From the NCBI GenBank assembly GCA_036503555.1, contig DASXWQ010000019.1, positions 2,302 through 66,301 on the forward strand: a stretch of 64,000 nucleotides of DNA, written 5' to 3'. The notes under the pieces were generated by a model. The model was not told the DNA's origin. It saw nothing but the letters and a program-made list of their open reading frames with translations, and did no database searches. The position numbers and the translations under genes were made by a program. Positions 30,893 through 39,713 of the stretch are shown here, piece after piece. This DNA is from Actinocatenispora sp. (GTDB lineage: Bacteria > Actinomycetota > Actinomycetes > Mycobacteriales > Micromonosporaceae). Within the stretch, counting starts at the first letter, position 1. Each line of letters starts with the position of its first letter.

Positions 30893-31336
30893 TCAGCGCG
30901 GGGTGAGGGCGGCCCAGGCGGGCACCGCCGGCGCGATCCGCAGCGGCATCCCGGCCTCGGCCGGCGTCCTGTCACCCTTGCGCTGGTTGCAGCCGCCGCA
31001 GGCGGCCACCGTGTTGAGCCAGGTGTTGGCCCCGCCGCGGGAACGCGGCAGGACGTGGTCGAGCGTCGCGGCCCGACCACCGCAGTACGCGCACCGGTGG
31101 CCGTCGCGGACCAGCACGCCCCGCTTCGACCACGCCGGCCGCGCGCCGAAACGCCAGCGGGTCACGACGTAGCGGACCAGCCGGACGACGCGCGGCACGG
31201 GATAGCCGCCGTACCGCCGGTCGGGCACCGCCTCGTGCACGACGGCGACCCGGCGGTGCAGCATCCGGATCGCGTGCCGTACGTCGACCCGGTGCAGCGG
31301 CCCCAGGTCGGCATTGAGCACCAGCACCGCGTCCAC
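30893..31336 (-). CDS. HNH endonuclease (McrA-like, actinobacterial)
   Basis: VLVLNAD, PRVVRLVRYV, RDGHRCAYCG, TLDHVLPRSRGG, CGGCNQRKG; RBS GGAGG before GTG 31336. Confidence 0.92.
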   Translation of the reverse strand: MDAVLVLNADLGPLHRVDVRHAIRMLHRRVAVVHEAVPDRRYGGYPVPRVVRLVRYVVTRWRFGARPAWSKRGVLVRDGHRCAYCGGRAATLDHVLPRSRGGANTWLNTVAACGGCNQRKGDRTPAEAGMPLRIAPAVPAWAALTPR

Positions 31337-31382
31337 CGGGTCACCTCCCTCACGAAGCCACGAAAAACGTTGGTGGGCAACG

Positions 31383-31416
31383 AAAAGCCGCCCGTACCCG
31401 GGATCGGGTGGGCGGC
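31383..31416 (-). terminator. Intrinsic terminator in the HNH leader (candidate attenuator)
   Basis: Minus-strand GCCGCCC-ACCCG-atcc-CGGGT-ac-GGGCGGC followed by TTTT, about 45 nt upstream of the HNH start. Confidence 0.75.
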
Positions 31417-31436
31417 CGGTCGGCGTGCAGCGCCGG

Positions 31437-31532
31437 TCAGCGTCCACCCGGGCACGGCTCGACGGTGGCACCGCACCGGCCGTCACGACACGGCGTCCAC
31501 CGCGTCGGGAGTCCCCGGCCACTGCCCGTCAT
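31437..31532 (-). CDS. Putative 31-aa leader peptide (uORF)
   Basis: GGAGG-N5-ATG; MTGSGRGLPTRWTPCRDGRCGATVEPCPGGR; stop lies 20 nt before the terminator stem. Confidence 0.55.
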   Translation of the reverse strand: MTGSGRGLPTRWTPCRDGRCGATVEPCPGGR

Positions 31533-31572
31533 CGTCGCCTCCGGTCCGCTCGGTTCGCGTTGTCCGGTCAGT

Positions 31573-31610
31573 ACGGTACGGCGCGCTTTCCCGCCGCGCC
31601 AACGGATTTC
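31573..31610 (-). promoter_or_regulatory. WhiB7/WblC-like promoter
   Basis: Minus-strand GAAATC-N2-TTGGCG-N18-TACCGT. Confidence 0.55.
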
Positions 31611-31650
31611 GTCATCGGGCGCCACCGCCCTGCGTCCGCCGGGTACGAGC

Positions 31651-32373
31651 TCAGGCGGCGTCGCGGCGGTTGACGGGGCGCAGGGTGTAGCGGCGGGTAC
31701 GGCGTGGGGCGGCGGCCGGTTCGGGCTCCTCGGCTGCCGTGCCGCCGGCCGGATCGCGGTCCGCCGACACGGTCAGCGGGCCGCGGGTCGGGCGGCCGCG
31801 GCGGTCGACGACGAGCATCAGGACGAAGCCGACGAGCAGCAGCCCGTGGGTGAGTACCCGGCCGGCGGTGGCGACGCCGGTGACGAGGTCGTGCGCGCAG
31901 TACGCCCCGAGCAGCACGAGGAACCCGCCGAACACCGCGAGCAGGGCGCCGGCCCGCCCCCGCCACGCCACCCAGCCCAGGCCGAGCCCGAGCGCCAGGT
32001 TCCACGCGGTGCTCTCGTTGAACAGGTGGTCGTCCATCCCGGCCGGCATGACCGGCGCCCCGGCGTGCCAGCCGAACAACTCCGCCACACCGAGCGCCAC
32101 CTGCGCGAACGCGACCACGGCCAGTGCCGCCCGCCACCCGGCACCCCGGGACGGGCCCGGCAGCGTCGCGGTGGCCATCACCCGATCGGCCAGCCCGGGC
32201 GCCGGCGGTACCGGACGGACCCGGAGCCTGCGGTTGAGCGCCGCGGCGCGCTCCCACCAGTCCCGGCACGCCCGGCAGTCCGCCAGGTGCGCGTCGACGT
32301 CGGCGGCCGGCGCCGGCCCGGGCTCGGCGTCGAGCCGGGCGGACAGCGCCTCCCTGCACCTCTCACATCCCAC
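31651..32373 (-). CDS. zf-HC2 anti-sigma-like membrane protein
   Basis: CERCREALSARLD, HLADCRAC (HxxxCxxC), then TM segments with HLFNESTAWN. Confidence 0.88.
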   Translation of the reverse strand: MGCERCREALSARLDAEPGPAPAADVDAHLADCRACRDWWERAAALNRRLRVRPVPPAPGLADRVMATATLPGPSRGAGWRAALAVVAFAQVALGVAELFGWHAGAPVMPAGMDDHLFNESTAWNLALGLGLGWVAWRGRAGALLAVFGGFLVLLGAYCAHDLVTGVATAGRVLTHGLLLVGFVLMLVVDRRGRPTRGPLTVSADRDPAGGTAAEEPEPAAAPRRTRRYTLRPVNRRDAA

Positions 32374-32381
32374 GTGAACAG

Positions 32382-32409
32382 TGTCGTTCCACCCGGCGTC
32401 GGAGTTCCC
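32382..32409 (-). promoter_or_regulatory. SigC-type ECF promoter for the zf-HC2 gene
   Basis: Minus-strand GGGAAC-N17-CGACA ending 8 nt before the GTG start (probably leaderless). Confidence 0.7.
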
Positions 32410-32434
32410 GGCGCGCTGGCCTAACCTGTGCGGC

Positions 32435-33007
32435 GTGACAGCCCACTCGCGCGACGACCGGCGTACCACGGCGTTGGCCCTGGCCGCGGGGGCGGGAGAC
32501 CGCGCCGCGGCCGAGGAGTTCGTCCGGGCCACCGAGCGCGACGTGTGGGGCTTCGTGGCGTACCTGACCGATGTGCGCCAGGCCGACGACCTCGCCCAGG
32601 AGACGTACCTGCGCGCGTTGTCCGGCCTGTCCGGCTTCGCCGGGCGGGCCAGCGCGCGGACCTGGCTGCTCACGATCGCCCGGCGCGTCGTCGTCGACCA
32701 CATCCGTGCCGCGGGCCGCCGGCCCCGGCTGGCCGCCGCCGACTGGACCGAGGCCGCCGACGCCCGCGACGCCCGGCGGTACGCCGGCGCCGCCGGCTTC
32801 GAGGACGTCGTCGAGCTGAACGAACTGCTCCGCGGCCTCGACGACGACCGCCGGCAGGCGCTCGTCCTGACCCAGGTGCTCGGGTTGGACTACGCCGAGG
32901 CCGCCGCGGTCTGCGGCTGCCCCGTCGGTACGATCCGCTCCCGGGTCGCCCGCGCCCGCACCGAACTGCTCGACGCGACCGCGGCCGACCGTACCGACAT
33001 CGGCTGA
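32435..33007 (+). CDS. sigC: ECF sigma factor, SigC-like
   Basis: TALALAAGAGD, FVRATERDVW, ADDLAQETYLRA, LTQVLGLDYAEAA, GCPVGTIRSRVARAR; TAACCT -10 just upstream of the GTG. Confidence 0.88.
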   Translation: MTAHSRDDRRTTALALAAGAGDRAAAEEFVRATERDVWGFVAYLTDVRQADDLAQETYLRALSGLSGFAGRASARTWLLTIARRVVVDHIRAAGRRPRLAAADWTEAADARDARRYAGAAGFEDVVELNELLRGLDDDRRQALVLTQVLGLDYAEAAAVCGCPVGTIRSRVARARTELLDATAADRTDIG

Positions 33008-33016
33008 GCGGTCGGC

Positions 33017-34966
33017 TCAGGCCACGTGGACGACGGGCCGGCGGGACCGGTCCGGTTCGGCCTGGCGGAGCACCTCCCGGGTCAGCGGCGCGATCTCCCC
33101 GTCGCCGAAGAACAGGTACCGCAGCAGGAAGACCATCGGGTTGCCCTCGGTCCAGGCGAAGTACACGTGCGGCGGGGTGCCGGTGACGTCGCGGATGGAC
33201 AGCAGGGTCGCGGCGATCGCGTTCGCCACCGTGGACGCGCGGACCCGCAGGATCCGGTACCCGTAGCGTTCCTCGCCGGTGACCGTGAGGGACTCGGCGA
33301 ACTCCGACGGGTCGCCGACGGTGACCTCCAGGAACAGCACCGGGTCGCCGGCCGGGATGTGGCTGTGGTCGCGTTCCTCCGCCTCCTTCTCCCGGTACTC
33401 CGCCTCGCTGCGGTCGTCCGGCTCGTTGGCGATGATCCGGACCACGCCGCGCGCCGCGTCACGCAGGAACGCCTCGGCGGTGGCGTCGATGCGTACGTCG
33501 GTGACGCGCAGCTCGGTGGCCCGGTGGATGCGGGACACGACCGAGGTGACGATGATGCCGGCGATGAACAGCGACGCGATCTTCACGCCGTCCGGCCGCT
33601 CCACCACGTTCGCCCCGGTGGTGTAGAGGAAGACGACGGTGACCACGGCGAACCCGCCGGCCAGCGCGCGCTGCCCGCGTCGCCACGCGGACAGCGTCAC
33701 CGCCACCGCGGCCGACGACATCAGCACCAGCACACCCGTCGCGTACGCGCCGCCCTGCTTGTCGACGTTCGCGTCGAAGACCCACGTGACCAGGAACGCG
33801 ATCGCGGTGAACACCAGTACCAGCGGTCGCGCCGCGCGCGCCCAGTCCGGCGCCATGCCGTACCGCGGGAGGTAACGCGGGACGAGGTTGAGCAGGCCGG
33901 CCATCGCCGACGCCCCCGCGAACCACAGGATCAGCACCGTGCTCGCGTCGTACACGGTGCCGAAGCCGGCGCCGAGATACTCGTGGGCGAGGAACGCGAG
34001 GGCGCGCCCGTTGGCGCTGCCACCGGCCTTGAACTCGTCGGCCGGGATCAAGACCGTCGTGACGAAGCTCGACAGCAGCAGGAACACGCTCATGATCGCC
34101 GCGGCGGTGGTGAGCATCCGGCGCGTGCCGGTGATCCGGCCGTGTACCGGGTCGGTGGCCCTGCGGCCCGGCTTGACCAGCGGCATGACCGCCACGCCGG
34201 TCTCGAACCCGGACATGCCGAGCGCGAGTTTCGGGAACACGAGCAGCGCGATGCCGATCATCGCGGCCGGGTTCGGATGCTGCGTCCACAGCAGCGAACG
34301 CCAGTCCGCGACGACGTGCGGATGCGCGAGCACGTGTTCGAGCGAGACCGCGACGACGACCACGTTGAGCGCCAGGTACACGCCGACGAGCACGACCGCG
34401 ATGCCGATCGCCTCGCGGAAACCCTTGAGGAACACCGCGCCGAGCACGGCGATCAGCACCAGCGTGATCACCATCCGGCTGCCCGACCAGTCCGTCGGTA
34501 CGAGCGGGTTCTCCAGCACGTGCGCACCGGCGTCGGCGGCCGACAGGGTGATCGTGATCATGAAGTCGGTCGCCGCGAAACCCAGCAGTACCAACACGAA
34601 CAGCTTGCCGGACCAGCGCGGCAGGATCCGTTCGAGCATGGCGATGGAGCCCTGGCCGTTCGGGCTGTCGCGCGCGACGCGGCGGTACACCGGCAGCGCG
34701 CCGAACAGCGTCACCGCGAGCAGCACCAGCGTGGCGATCGGCGACAGCACACCGGCGGCGAGCGCGGCGATGCCCGGCTGGTACCCGAGGGTCGAGAAGT
34801 AGTCGACGCCGGTCAGGCACATGACCCGCCACCAGGAACGCTGGTGCGACGGCGGTGCGCCGCCGTCGGCGGTCTGCTCACCGGAGTCCTCCGCGGCGAG
34901 CAGCCACTCCTGGAACGGGCGGCGCCGGACCGGGTCGTCCCGTTCCGCCGTGCTCGCTGACGCCAT
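33017..34966 (-). CDS. APC-superfamily amino acid transporter-like protein
   Basis: [44 protein letters not shown]; many TM segments plus a cytoplasmic tail. Confidence 0.88.
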   Translation of the reverse strand: MASASTAERDDPVRRRPFQEWLLAAEDSGEQTADGGAPPSHQRSWWRVMCLTGVDYFSTLGYQPGIAALAAGVLSPIATLVLLAVTLFGALPVYRRVARDSPNGQGSIAMLERILPRWSGKLFVLVLLGFAATDFMITITLSAADAGAHVLENPLVPTDWSGSRMVITLVLIAVLGAVFLKGFREAIGIAVVLVGVYLALNVVVVAVSLEHVLAHPHVVADWRSLLWTQHPNPAAMIGIALLVFPKLALGMSGFETGVAVMPLVKPGRRATDPVHGRITGTRRMLTTAAAIMSVFLLLSSFVTTVLIPADEFKAGGSANGRALAFLAHEYLGAGFGTVYDASTVLILWFAGASAMAGLLNLVPRYLPRYGMAPDWARAARPLVLVFTAIAFLVTWVFDANVDKQGGAYATGVLVLMSSAAVAVTLSAWRRGQRALAGGFAVVTVVFLYTTGANVVERPDGVKIASLFIAGIIVTSVVSRIHRATELRVTDVRIDATAEAFLRDAARGVVRIIANEPDDRSEAEYREKEAEERDHSHIPAGDPVLFLEVTVGDPSEFAESLTVTGEERYGYRILRVRASTVANAIAATLLSIRDVTGTPPHVYFAWTEGNPMVFLLRYLFFGDGEIAPLTREVLRQAEPDRSRRPVVHVA

Positions 34967-35089
34967 CGCCGTACCCTCCCCCACCAGGCGCCCGCGGGTC
35001 CGGGCACACCGGCCGACGATCCTACGGGCGGGGTACGCCGGGCCCGCGCCCGCCGCCGCCCCGGCGCGGTTCGTACCGTGGCGTCCGGC

Positions 35090-36211
35090 TCAGGCGGCGA
35101 ACTCGGCGCTGGCGACCGTCCACGCCCGGGACTGCTCGCTCGGCGTCAATCCCAGCCCTGGCCGGTCCGGTACGGCCATGCGGCCGTCCGCGATCGCGAT
35201 CCGCTCGGTGAACAGCGGCTCCAGCCACTCGAAGTGCTCCACCCACGGCTCCGTCGGGTACGCCGCCGCCAGGTGCAGGTGGATCTCCATCGCGAAGTGC
35301 GGCGCGAGCCGCAGGTGCCGCCGGTGCGCCAGCGTCGCCACGGTCAGGAACGGCGTGATGCCACCGATCCGCGGCGCGTCCGGCTGGAGGATGTCCACCG
35401 CGCCGTGGTCCACGAGCGCGCCGTGCTCCGCGGCGCTGACCAGCATCTCCCCGCTCGCCACGGGCGTGTCCAGCGCGGCGGTCAGCGCCGCGTGCCCGTC
35501 CGTGTCGTACGCGTCGAGCGGCTCCTCGATCCACTCCAACCGGAAGTCGGCCAGCGCCCGCCCCATCCGGCGCGCCGTCGCCCGGTCCCACTGCTGGTTC
35601 GCGTCGACCATCAGCGGTACGTCCGGGCCGAGGTGCTCGCGGACCGCGGCGACGCGGCGCAGGTCGGCGGCCGTGTCCGGCTGGCCGACCTTGATCTTGA
35701 CGCCGCCGATCCCCCGGGCGAGCGCCGCCGATGCGTTGTCGCACACCGTCCCGATCGGCTCGTGCAGGAACCCCCCGGACGTGTTGTAGCAGCGGACCGA
35801 CTCCCGGTACGCCCCCAGCAGCTTCGCCAGCGGCAGGTCCGCGCGCCGCGCCTTCAGGTCCCACAGCGCGATGTCCAGCGGCGCGATCGCCTGCGTCGCA
35901 AGGCCCGAACGCCCCACCGACGCGCCCGCCCACACCAGCTCCGTCCACAACCGCCCGGTGTCGCTCGGGTCCGCGCCCAGCAACACCGGCGCGATCTCCC
36001 GGGCGTGCGCGAACTGCCCCTCCCCACCGGCCCGCTTCGCGTACCCGAAACCGAGGCCGGCGTGCCCCTGCGCCGTGTCCACCTCCGCGAGCAGCACGGA
36101 CACCTCGGTCATCGGCCGCTGCCGCCCGGTCAGTACCTTCGCGTCGCTGACCGGACCGGCGAGCGGTACCCGGACCAGGCTGAGCCGGACGCGGTCGATC
36201 CTGTCGGCCAT
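35090..36211 (-). CDS. Mandelate racemase subgroup, L-talarate/galactarate dehydratase-like
   Basis: SDAKVLTGRQ, YNTSGGFL, KIKVG, VDANQQW, WIEEP, SGE, APHFAMEIH. Confidence 0.88.
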   Translation of the reverse strand: MADRIDRVRLSLVRVPLAGPVSDAKVLTGRQRPMTEVSVLLAEVDTAQGHAGLGFGYAKRAGGEGQFAHAREIAPVLLGADPSDTGRLWTELVWAGASVGRSGLATQAIAPLDIALWDLKARRADLPLAKLLGAYRESVRCYNTSGGFLHEPIGTVCDNASAALARGIGGVKIKVGQPDTAADLRRVAAVREHLGPDVPLMVDANQQWDRATARRMGRALADFRLEWIEEPLDAYDTDGHAALTAALDTPVASGEMLVSAAEHGALVDHGAVDILQPDAPRIGGITPFLTVATLAHRRHLRLAPHFAMEIHLHLAAAYPTEPWVEHFEWLEPLFTERIAIADGRMAVPDRPGLGLTPSEQSRAWTVASAEFAA

Positions 36212-36321
36212 GGCGCCTCCTCGACGGGCGTGCGGGGGTACGCGCTCGCCGGGGGCGGGCGGTGCTCGCACAATGGGTGACGGGGTGCCGGCGACGGTAC
36301 CGAAGCGCGGAAGGGAGCGCC

Positions 36322-37095
36322 ATGGGTGACGAGCCCGCGTCCGGGGTGAAGTCGGCGCGGCGGGCGATCGCGCTGCTGGAGGCGTTCGCGGCCGACGACG
36401 CGTGGCTGTCGCTGGCCGAGATGCGGGCGCGGACCGGCTTCCCCCGCTCCAGCCTGCACGGCCTGCTGCGCACCCTGGTCGACACCGGCTGGGTCGCCGC
36501 CGACGAGTCGGGGCTGCGGTTCCGGCTCGGGGTGCGCGCCCTGATCTGCGGCACCGCGTACCTCGACCGCGACCCCGCCGTGCCGTACGCGACGGAGGCG
36601 CTGGAACACGTCCGCGACACCACCGGCTACACCGCGCACTACGCCCGGCTCGACGGCACCCAGGTCGTCTACCTGGAGACCCGGGAGTCGCGGCACTCCG
36701 CGCACCTCGTCTCCCGCGTCGGGCGTACGTTGCCGGCGCACGCCACGGCGCTGGGCAAGGCGCTGCTCGCGGAGCTCACCGACGACGAGGTGGCGGCGGT
36801 GCTGCCGGACCGGCTGCCGGCGCGTACCGGCCGGACCGTGATCGACCCGGGGGCGCTGCGGACCGAGCTCGCCGCGATCCGCGAACGCGGGTACGCGGTG
36901 GAACGCGAGGAGGGTACGGCGGGGGTGGCCTGCGCGGCCGCCGCCGTCGGCTACCGGATCCCGGCGACCGACGCGATGAGCTGCTCGATGCCGGCCGGCG
37001 CCGTCGACGACGCCGAGACACACCGGGTCGGCGCGCTGCTCGCCCAGGCCGCGACCGACCTGGGCGCCCGCCTGCGCCGCGCCGGCATCCGCTGA
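36322..37095 (+). CDS. IclR family regulator
   Basis: VKSARRAIALLE HTH, LPAHATALGKALLA, IRERGYAVEREE; divergent from the dehydratase. Confidence 0.92.
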   Translation: MGDEPASGVKSARRAIALLEAFAADDAWLSLAEMRARTGFPRSSLHGLLRTLVDTGWVAADESGLRFRLGVRALICGTAYLDRDPAVPYATEALEHVRDTTGYTAHYARLDGTQVVYLETRESRHSAHLVSRVGRTLPAHATALGKALLAELTDDEVAAVLPDRLPARTGRTVIDPGALRTELAAIRERGYAVEREEGTAGVACAAAAVGYRIPATDAMSCSMPAGAVDDAETHRVGALLAQAATDLGARLRRAGIR

Positions 37096-37111
37096 CCCGC
37101 AGTCGCCGCCG

Positions 37112-37160
37112 TGATGCGTACGGGTGTGCGGAGCCCGGTTCTGCACACCCATAGGCATCA
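37112..37160. terminator. Long hairpin between convergent genes
   Basis: TGATGCGTACGGGTGTGCGGAGC-ccg-GTTCTGCACACCCATAGGCATCA, imperfect stem. Confidence 0.65.
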
Positions 37161-37790
37161 GTCGCAGCCGCCGAAGGCGCGGTCGAGTTGCCGCGCGGAC
37201 AGCGGCGGCACGGGCAGCGGGTGGGCGCCCTCGGCGCGCAGCCCGTCGAGTACGAGGCCGAGGTGCCGGCGCCAGGCGTCGGGCGCGACGTGCGCGGTGG
37301 CGGCGACGGTGCCGGCGTGCCCCCAGCACACGAACGCCAGGTCTGCGAGCGTCACGTCCGCCCGCAGTACGCCGGCGTCCTGGGCGCGCGCGACGATCCG
37401 CTCCATCTGCCGGTACCCGTCGCCAAGGGCGCGGCGGGCCTCGGCCGAGCTCGGCACGGCACCGCCGGCGAGGTCCCGGTAGCCGCGGTCGGCGGACTGC
37501 ATCTCGCAGATCCGTTCCAGGAAGTACGTCAGCCCGGCCCACGGGTCCTCGTACGCCAGGGCGTGTTCGGCGAACCGCGCGGTGGCCGCGATCCGGTCGG
37601 CGAGCGCGGCGTCGACGAGCGCCTCCCGCGTCGGGAACCGGTTGTAGAGCGTGCCGATGCTGACGCCGGCGCGGCGGGCGATCTCGTCGAGCGGGGCGTC
37701 GAGGCCGCGTTCGGCGTACACGGCGCGGGCGGCCTCGATCAGGCGGTCGCGGTTGCGGCGGGCGTCGGCGCGCAGCGGTCGGTCGCTCAT
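37158..37790 (-). CDS. TetR family regulator
   Basis: LRADARRNR, IARRAGVSIGTLYNRFPTR, WRRHLGLVLDGLR. Confidence 0.92.
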   Translation of the reverse strand: MSDRPLRADARRNRDRLIEAARAVYAERGLDAPLDEIARRAGVSIGTLYNRFPTREALVDAALADRIAATARFAEHALAYEDPWAGLTYFLERICEMQSADRGYRDLAGGAVPSSAEARRALGDGYRQMERIVARAQDAGVLRADVTLADLAFVCWGHAGTVAATAHVAPDAWRRHLGLVLDGLRAEGAHPLPVPPLSARQLDRAFGGCD

Positions 37791-37807
37791 GGCGCCCAGC
37801 GTAGACG

Positions 37808-37871
37808 AAGTTGAGGCTTGTCTCATGTTCCTGCTACGGTGGCGGGCACAACTTGAAGGTGCTCTCAACTT
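37808..37871. promoter_or_regulatory. Paired operators between the divergent tetR and SDR genes
   Basis: AAGTTGAG-N6-CTCAtgTT (37808-37829) and AAcTTGAa-N6-CTCAACTT (37850-37871). Confidence 0.7.
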
Positions 37872-37884
37872 ATGAGGAGTGTCC

Positions 37885-38598
37885 ATGGGTGGATCCATCG
37901 CGATCGTCGGCGCCGGGCCGGGGCTCGGCCTCGCCACCGCGTACCGGTTCGGACGGGAGGGGTTCCGGGTCGCACTGGTGGCCCGCAACGCCGAGCGGCT
38001 CGACCGCTTCGTCGCCGAGCTGGCCGACGCCGGCGTCACCGCCACGGCGTACCCGGCGGATCTGACCGCGCCGGGGGCGGCCCGGGCGGTCGCCGACGCC
38101 GTCGAGCGCGACGGTGGCCCGCTCGACGTGCTCTACCTGAACACCCAGCCGGTCGCCGAGGCGATCGCCACCCCGCTCGACGTCACCGACGACAACCTCC
38201 GTGCGCAGCTCGACGCCCTGGTGCACACCCCGCTCACGCTGGTACGCCGGTTCCTGCCGGCGATGCTGGACCGGGGCGACGGCGCGGTGCTGGTGAGTCT
38301 CGGCGCGTCCGCGGTCACGCCGCTGCCGGTGCTGGCCAACGTGGGTGTCGCGATGGCCGGCATGCGCAACTACGTGCACACCCTGCACGCCGCCGTCGCC
38401 GACCGCGGCGTGTACGCCGGTGTCCTGACGATCGGCGCGCTGGTCCGCGACAGCGACGTGGAGCGGATGCTGGCCGCCCGGCGCGGCGACGCGGCGACCG
38501 AGTCGCTGGACCCGGCGGAGCTCGCCGACACGCTGTTCGGGATGTACCGCGACCGGGCCCGGACCGAGGAGCGGGCGGGCGCGCTGGCGGCGACCTGA
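37885..38598 (+). CDS. Short-chain dehydrogenase/reductase
   Basis: IVGAGPGLG Rossmann motif, VALVARN; the canonical YxxxK appears replaced (NVGVAMAG). Confidence 0.85.
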   Translation: MGGSIAIVGAGPGLGLATAYRFGREGFRVALVARNAERLDRFVAELADAGVTATAYPADLTAPGAARAVADAVERDGGPLDVLYLNTQPVAEAIATPLDVTDDNLRAQLDALVHTPLTLVRRFLPAMLDRGDGAVLVSLGASAVTPLPVLANVGVAMAGMRNYVHTLHAAVADRGVYAGVLTIGALVRDSDVERMLAARRGDAATESLDPAELADTLFGMYRDRARTEERAGALAAT

Positions 38599-38674
38599 CG
38601 GAGCTTCCGTTGACACCGCGCCGATCCACGCGGTACCCACACCGCGGAGGACGACGAGGAGTGAAGGGGACGAC

Positions 38675-39487
38675 GTGGGCGTACAGCGGGTGCTGGTGAC
38701 GGGGTCGGCCGGCGCGATCGGGCGGGCGCTGCGACCGCGGTTGCGGCGCGACGGCCGGGTGCTGCGGCTGATGGACCTGGCCGCACAGGATCCGGTCGGG
38801 CAGGATCCGGCCGGGTCGGACGAGGCGGTCGAGCTGGTGACCGGCTCGGTCACCGACCTCGCCGCGACGACGGAGGCGTGCCGCGACGTGGACGCGGTCA
38901 TCCACCTCGGCGGACACAGCCGCGAGGCGACCTGGCCGGACATCCTCGCCACCAACATCGACGGCACCCGCACGGTGCTGGAGGCGTCGCGGGTGGCCGG
39001 CGTACCGCGGGTGGTGCTGGCGTCGAGCAACCACGCCGCGGGCTTCCGCGGCATCGCCGACGCGACCGGCCTGCCGGCGGACTCGCCGGCCCGCCCGGAC
39101 ACGTACTACGGGGTGAGCAAGGCCGCGATGGAGGCGCTGGGCAGCCTCTACCACTCGCGCTTCGGGATGGACGTGATCTGCGTCCGGATCGGGTTCTGCT
39201 TCGAGCGGCCGACCTCGGCGCGCACCCTCGCGCTGTGGCTGTCGCAGGACGACTGCGCCCGGCTGATGGAGGCGTGCCTGGCCGTGGAACGCCCCGGGTA
39301 CCGCGTGGTCTGGGGGATCTCGGCGAACACCCGGCGGTACCTGCCGCTCGCCGAGGCGGAGGCGCTGGGGTACCGGCCGCAGGACGACGCCGAGGCGTAC
39401 GCCGGGGAGGTGGCGGCGGCGCCGGACGACGACGTGCCGTACGTCGGGGGTGCCTGGGTGGACAACCCGCTGGGCGAGCCGAACTGA
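38675..39487 (+). CDS. udh: NAD-dependent epimerase/dehydratase, uronate dehydrogenase-like
   Basis: TGSAGAIG, ASSNHAAG, PDTYYGVSKA, RIG, WLS, WGISANT. Confidence 0.8.
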   Translation: MGVQRVLVTGSAGAIGRALRPRLRRDGRVLRLMDLAAQDPVGQDPAGSDEAVELVTGSVTDLAATTEACRDVDAVIHLGGHSREATWPDILATNIDGTRTVLEASRVAGVPRVVLASSNHAAGFRGIADATGLPADSPARPDTYYGVSKAAMEALGSLYHSRFGMDVICVRIGFCFERPTSARTLALWLSQDDCARLMEACLAVERPGYRVVWGISANTRRYLPLAEAEALGYRPQDDAEAYAGEVAAAPDDDVPYVGGAWVDNPLGEPN

Positions 39488-39488
39488 A

Positions 39489-39506
39489 CGTTCACACTCG
39501 TGAATG
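39489..39506. promoter_or_regulatory. Palindromic regulator site upstream of the sugar porter
   Basis: CGTTCAC-actc-GTGAATG in an AT-rich patch, followed by a weaker ATCAC-N4-CTGAA copy. Confidence 0.45.
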
Positions 39507-39713
39507 ATGATCACGTTACTGAATCGTTACCCCTGCACGCCTTGCCCGACAAACCGGCCGGTGTGAGCGTGTCTGACATATCGCTCGCACGACACGGATC
39601 CACGTACGCGGGCGGACACGTGCCCGATCCCTCGTGCCCGCCCGTAGGAGACGACACGCGTCCGCGGTCGGAAGGGCCCCCCGGCGGACGGTCATCCAAG
39701 TGAGGCGATCGAC

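Noticed and set aside
30893-31336. HNH gene as a mobile element or IscB-like nuclease
   Set aside because: 147 aa with no RuvC, transposase, terminal repeats or GC shift; matches the stand-alone actinobacterial HNH family.
39500-39703. 67-aa ORF upstream of the sugar porter
   Set aside because: Atypical codon usage and no RBS; overlaps the probable promoter region.
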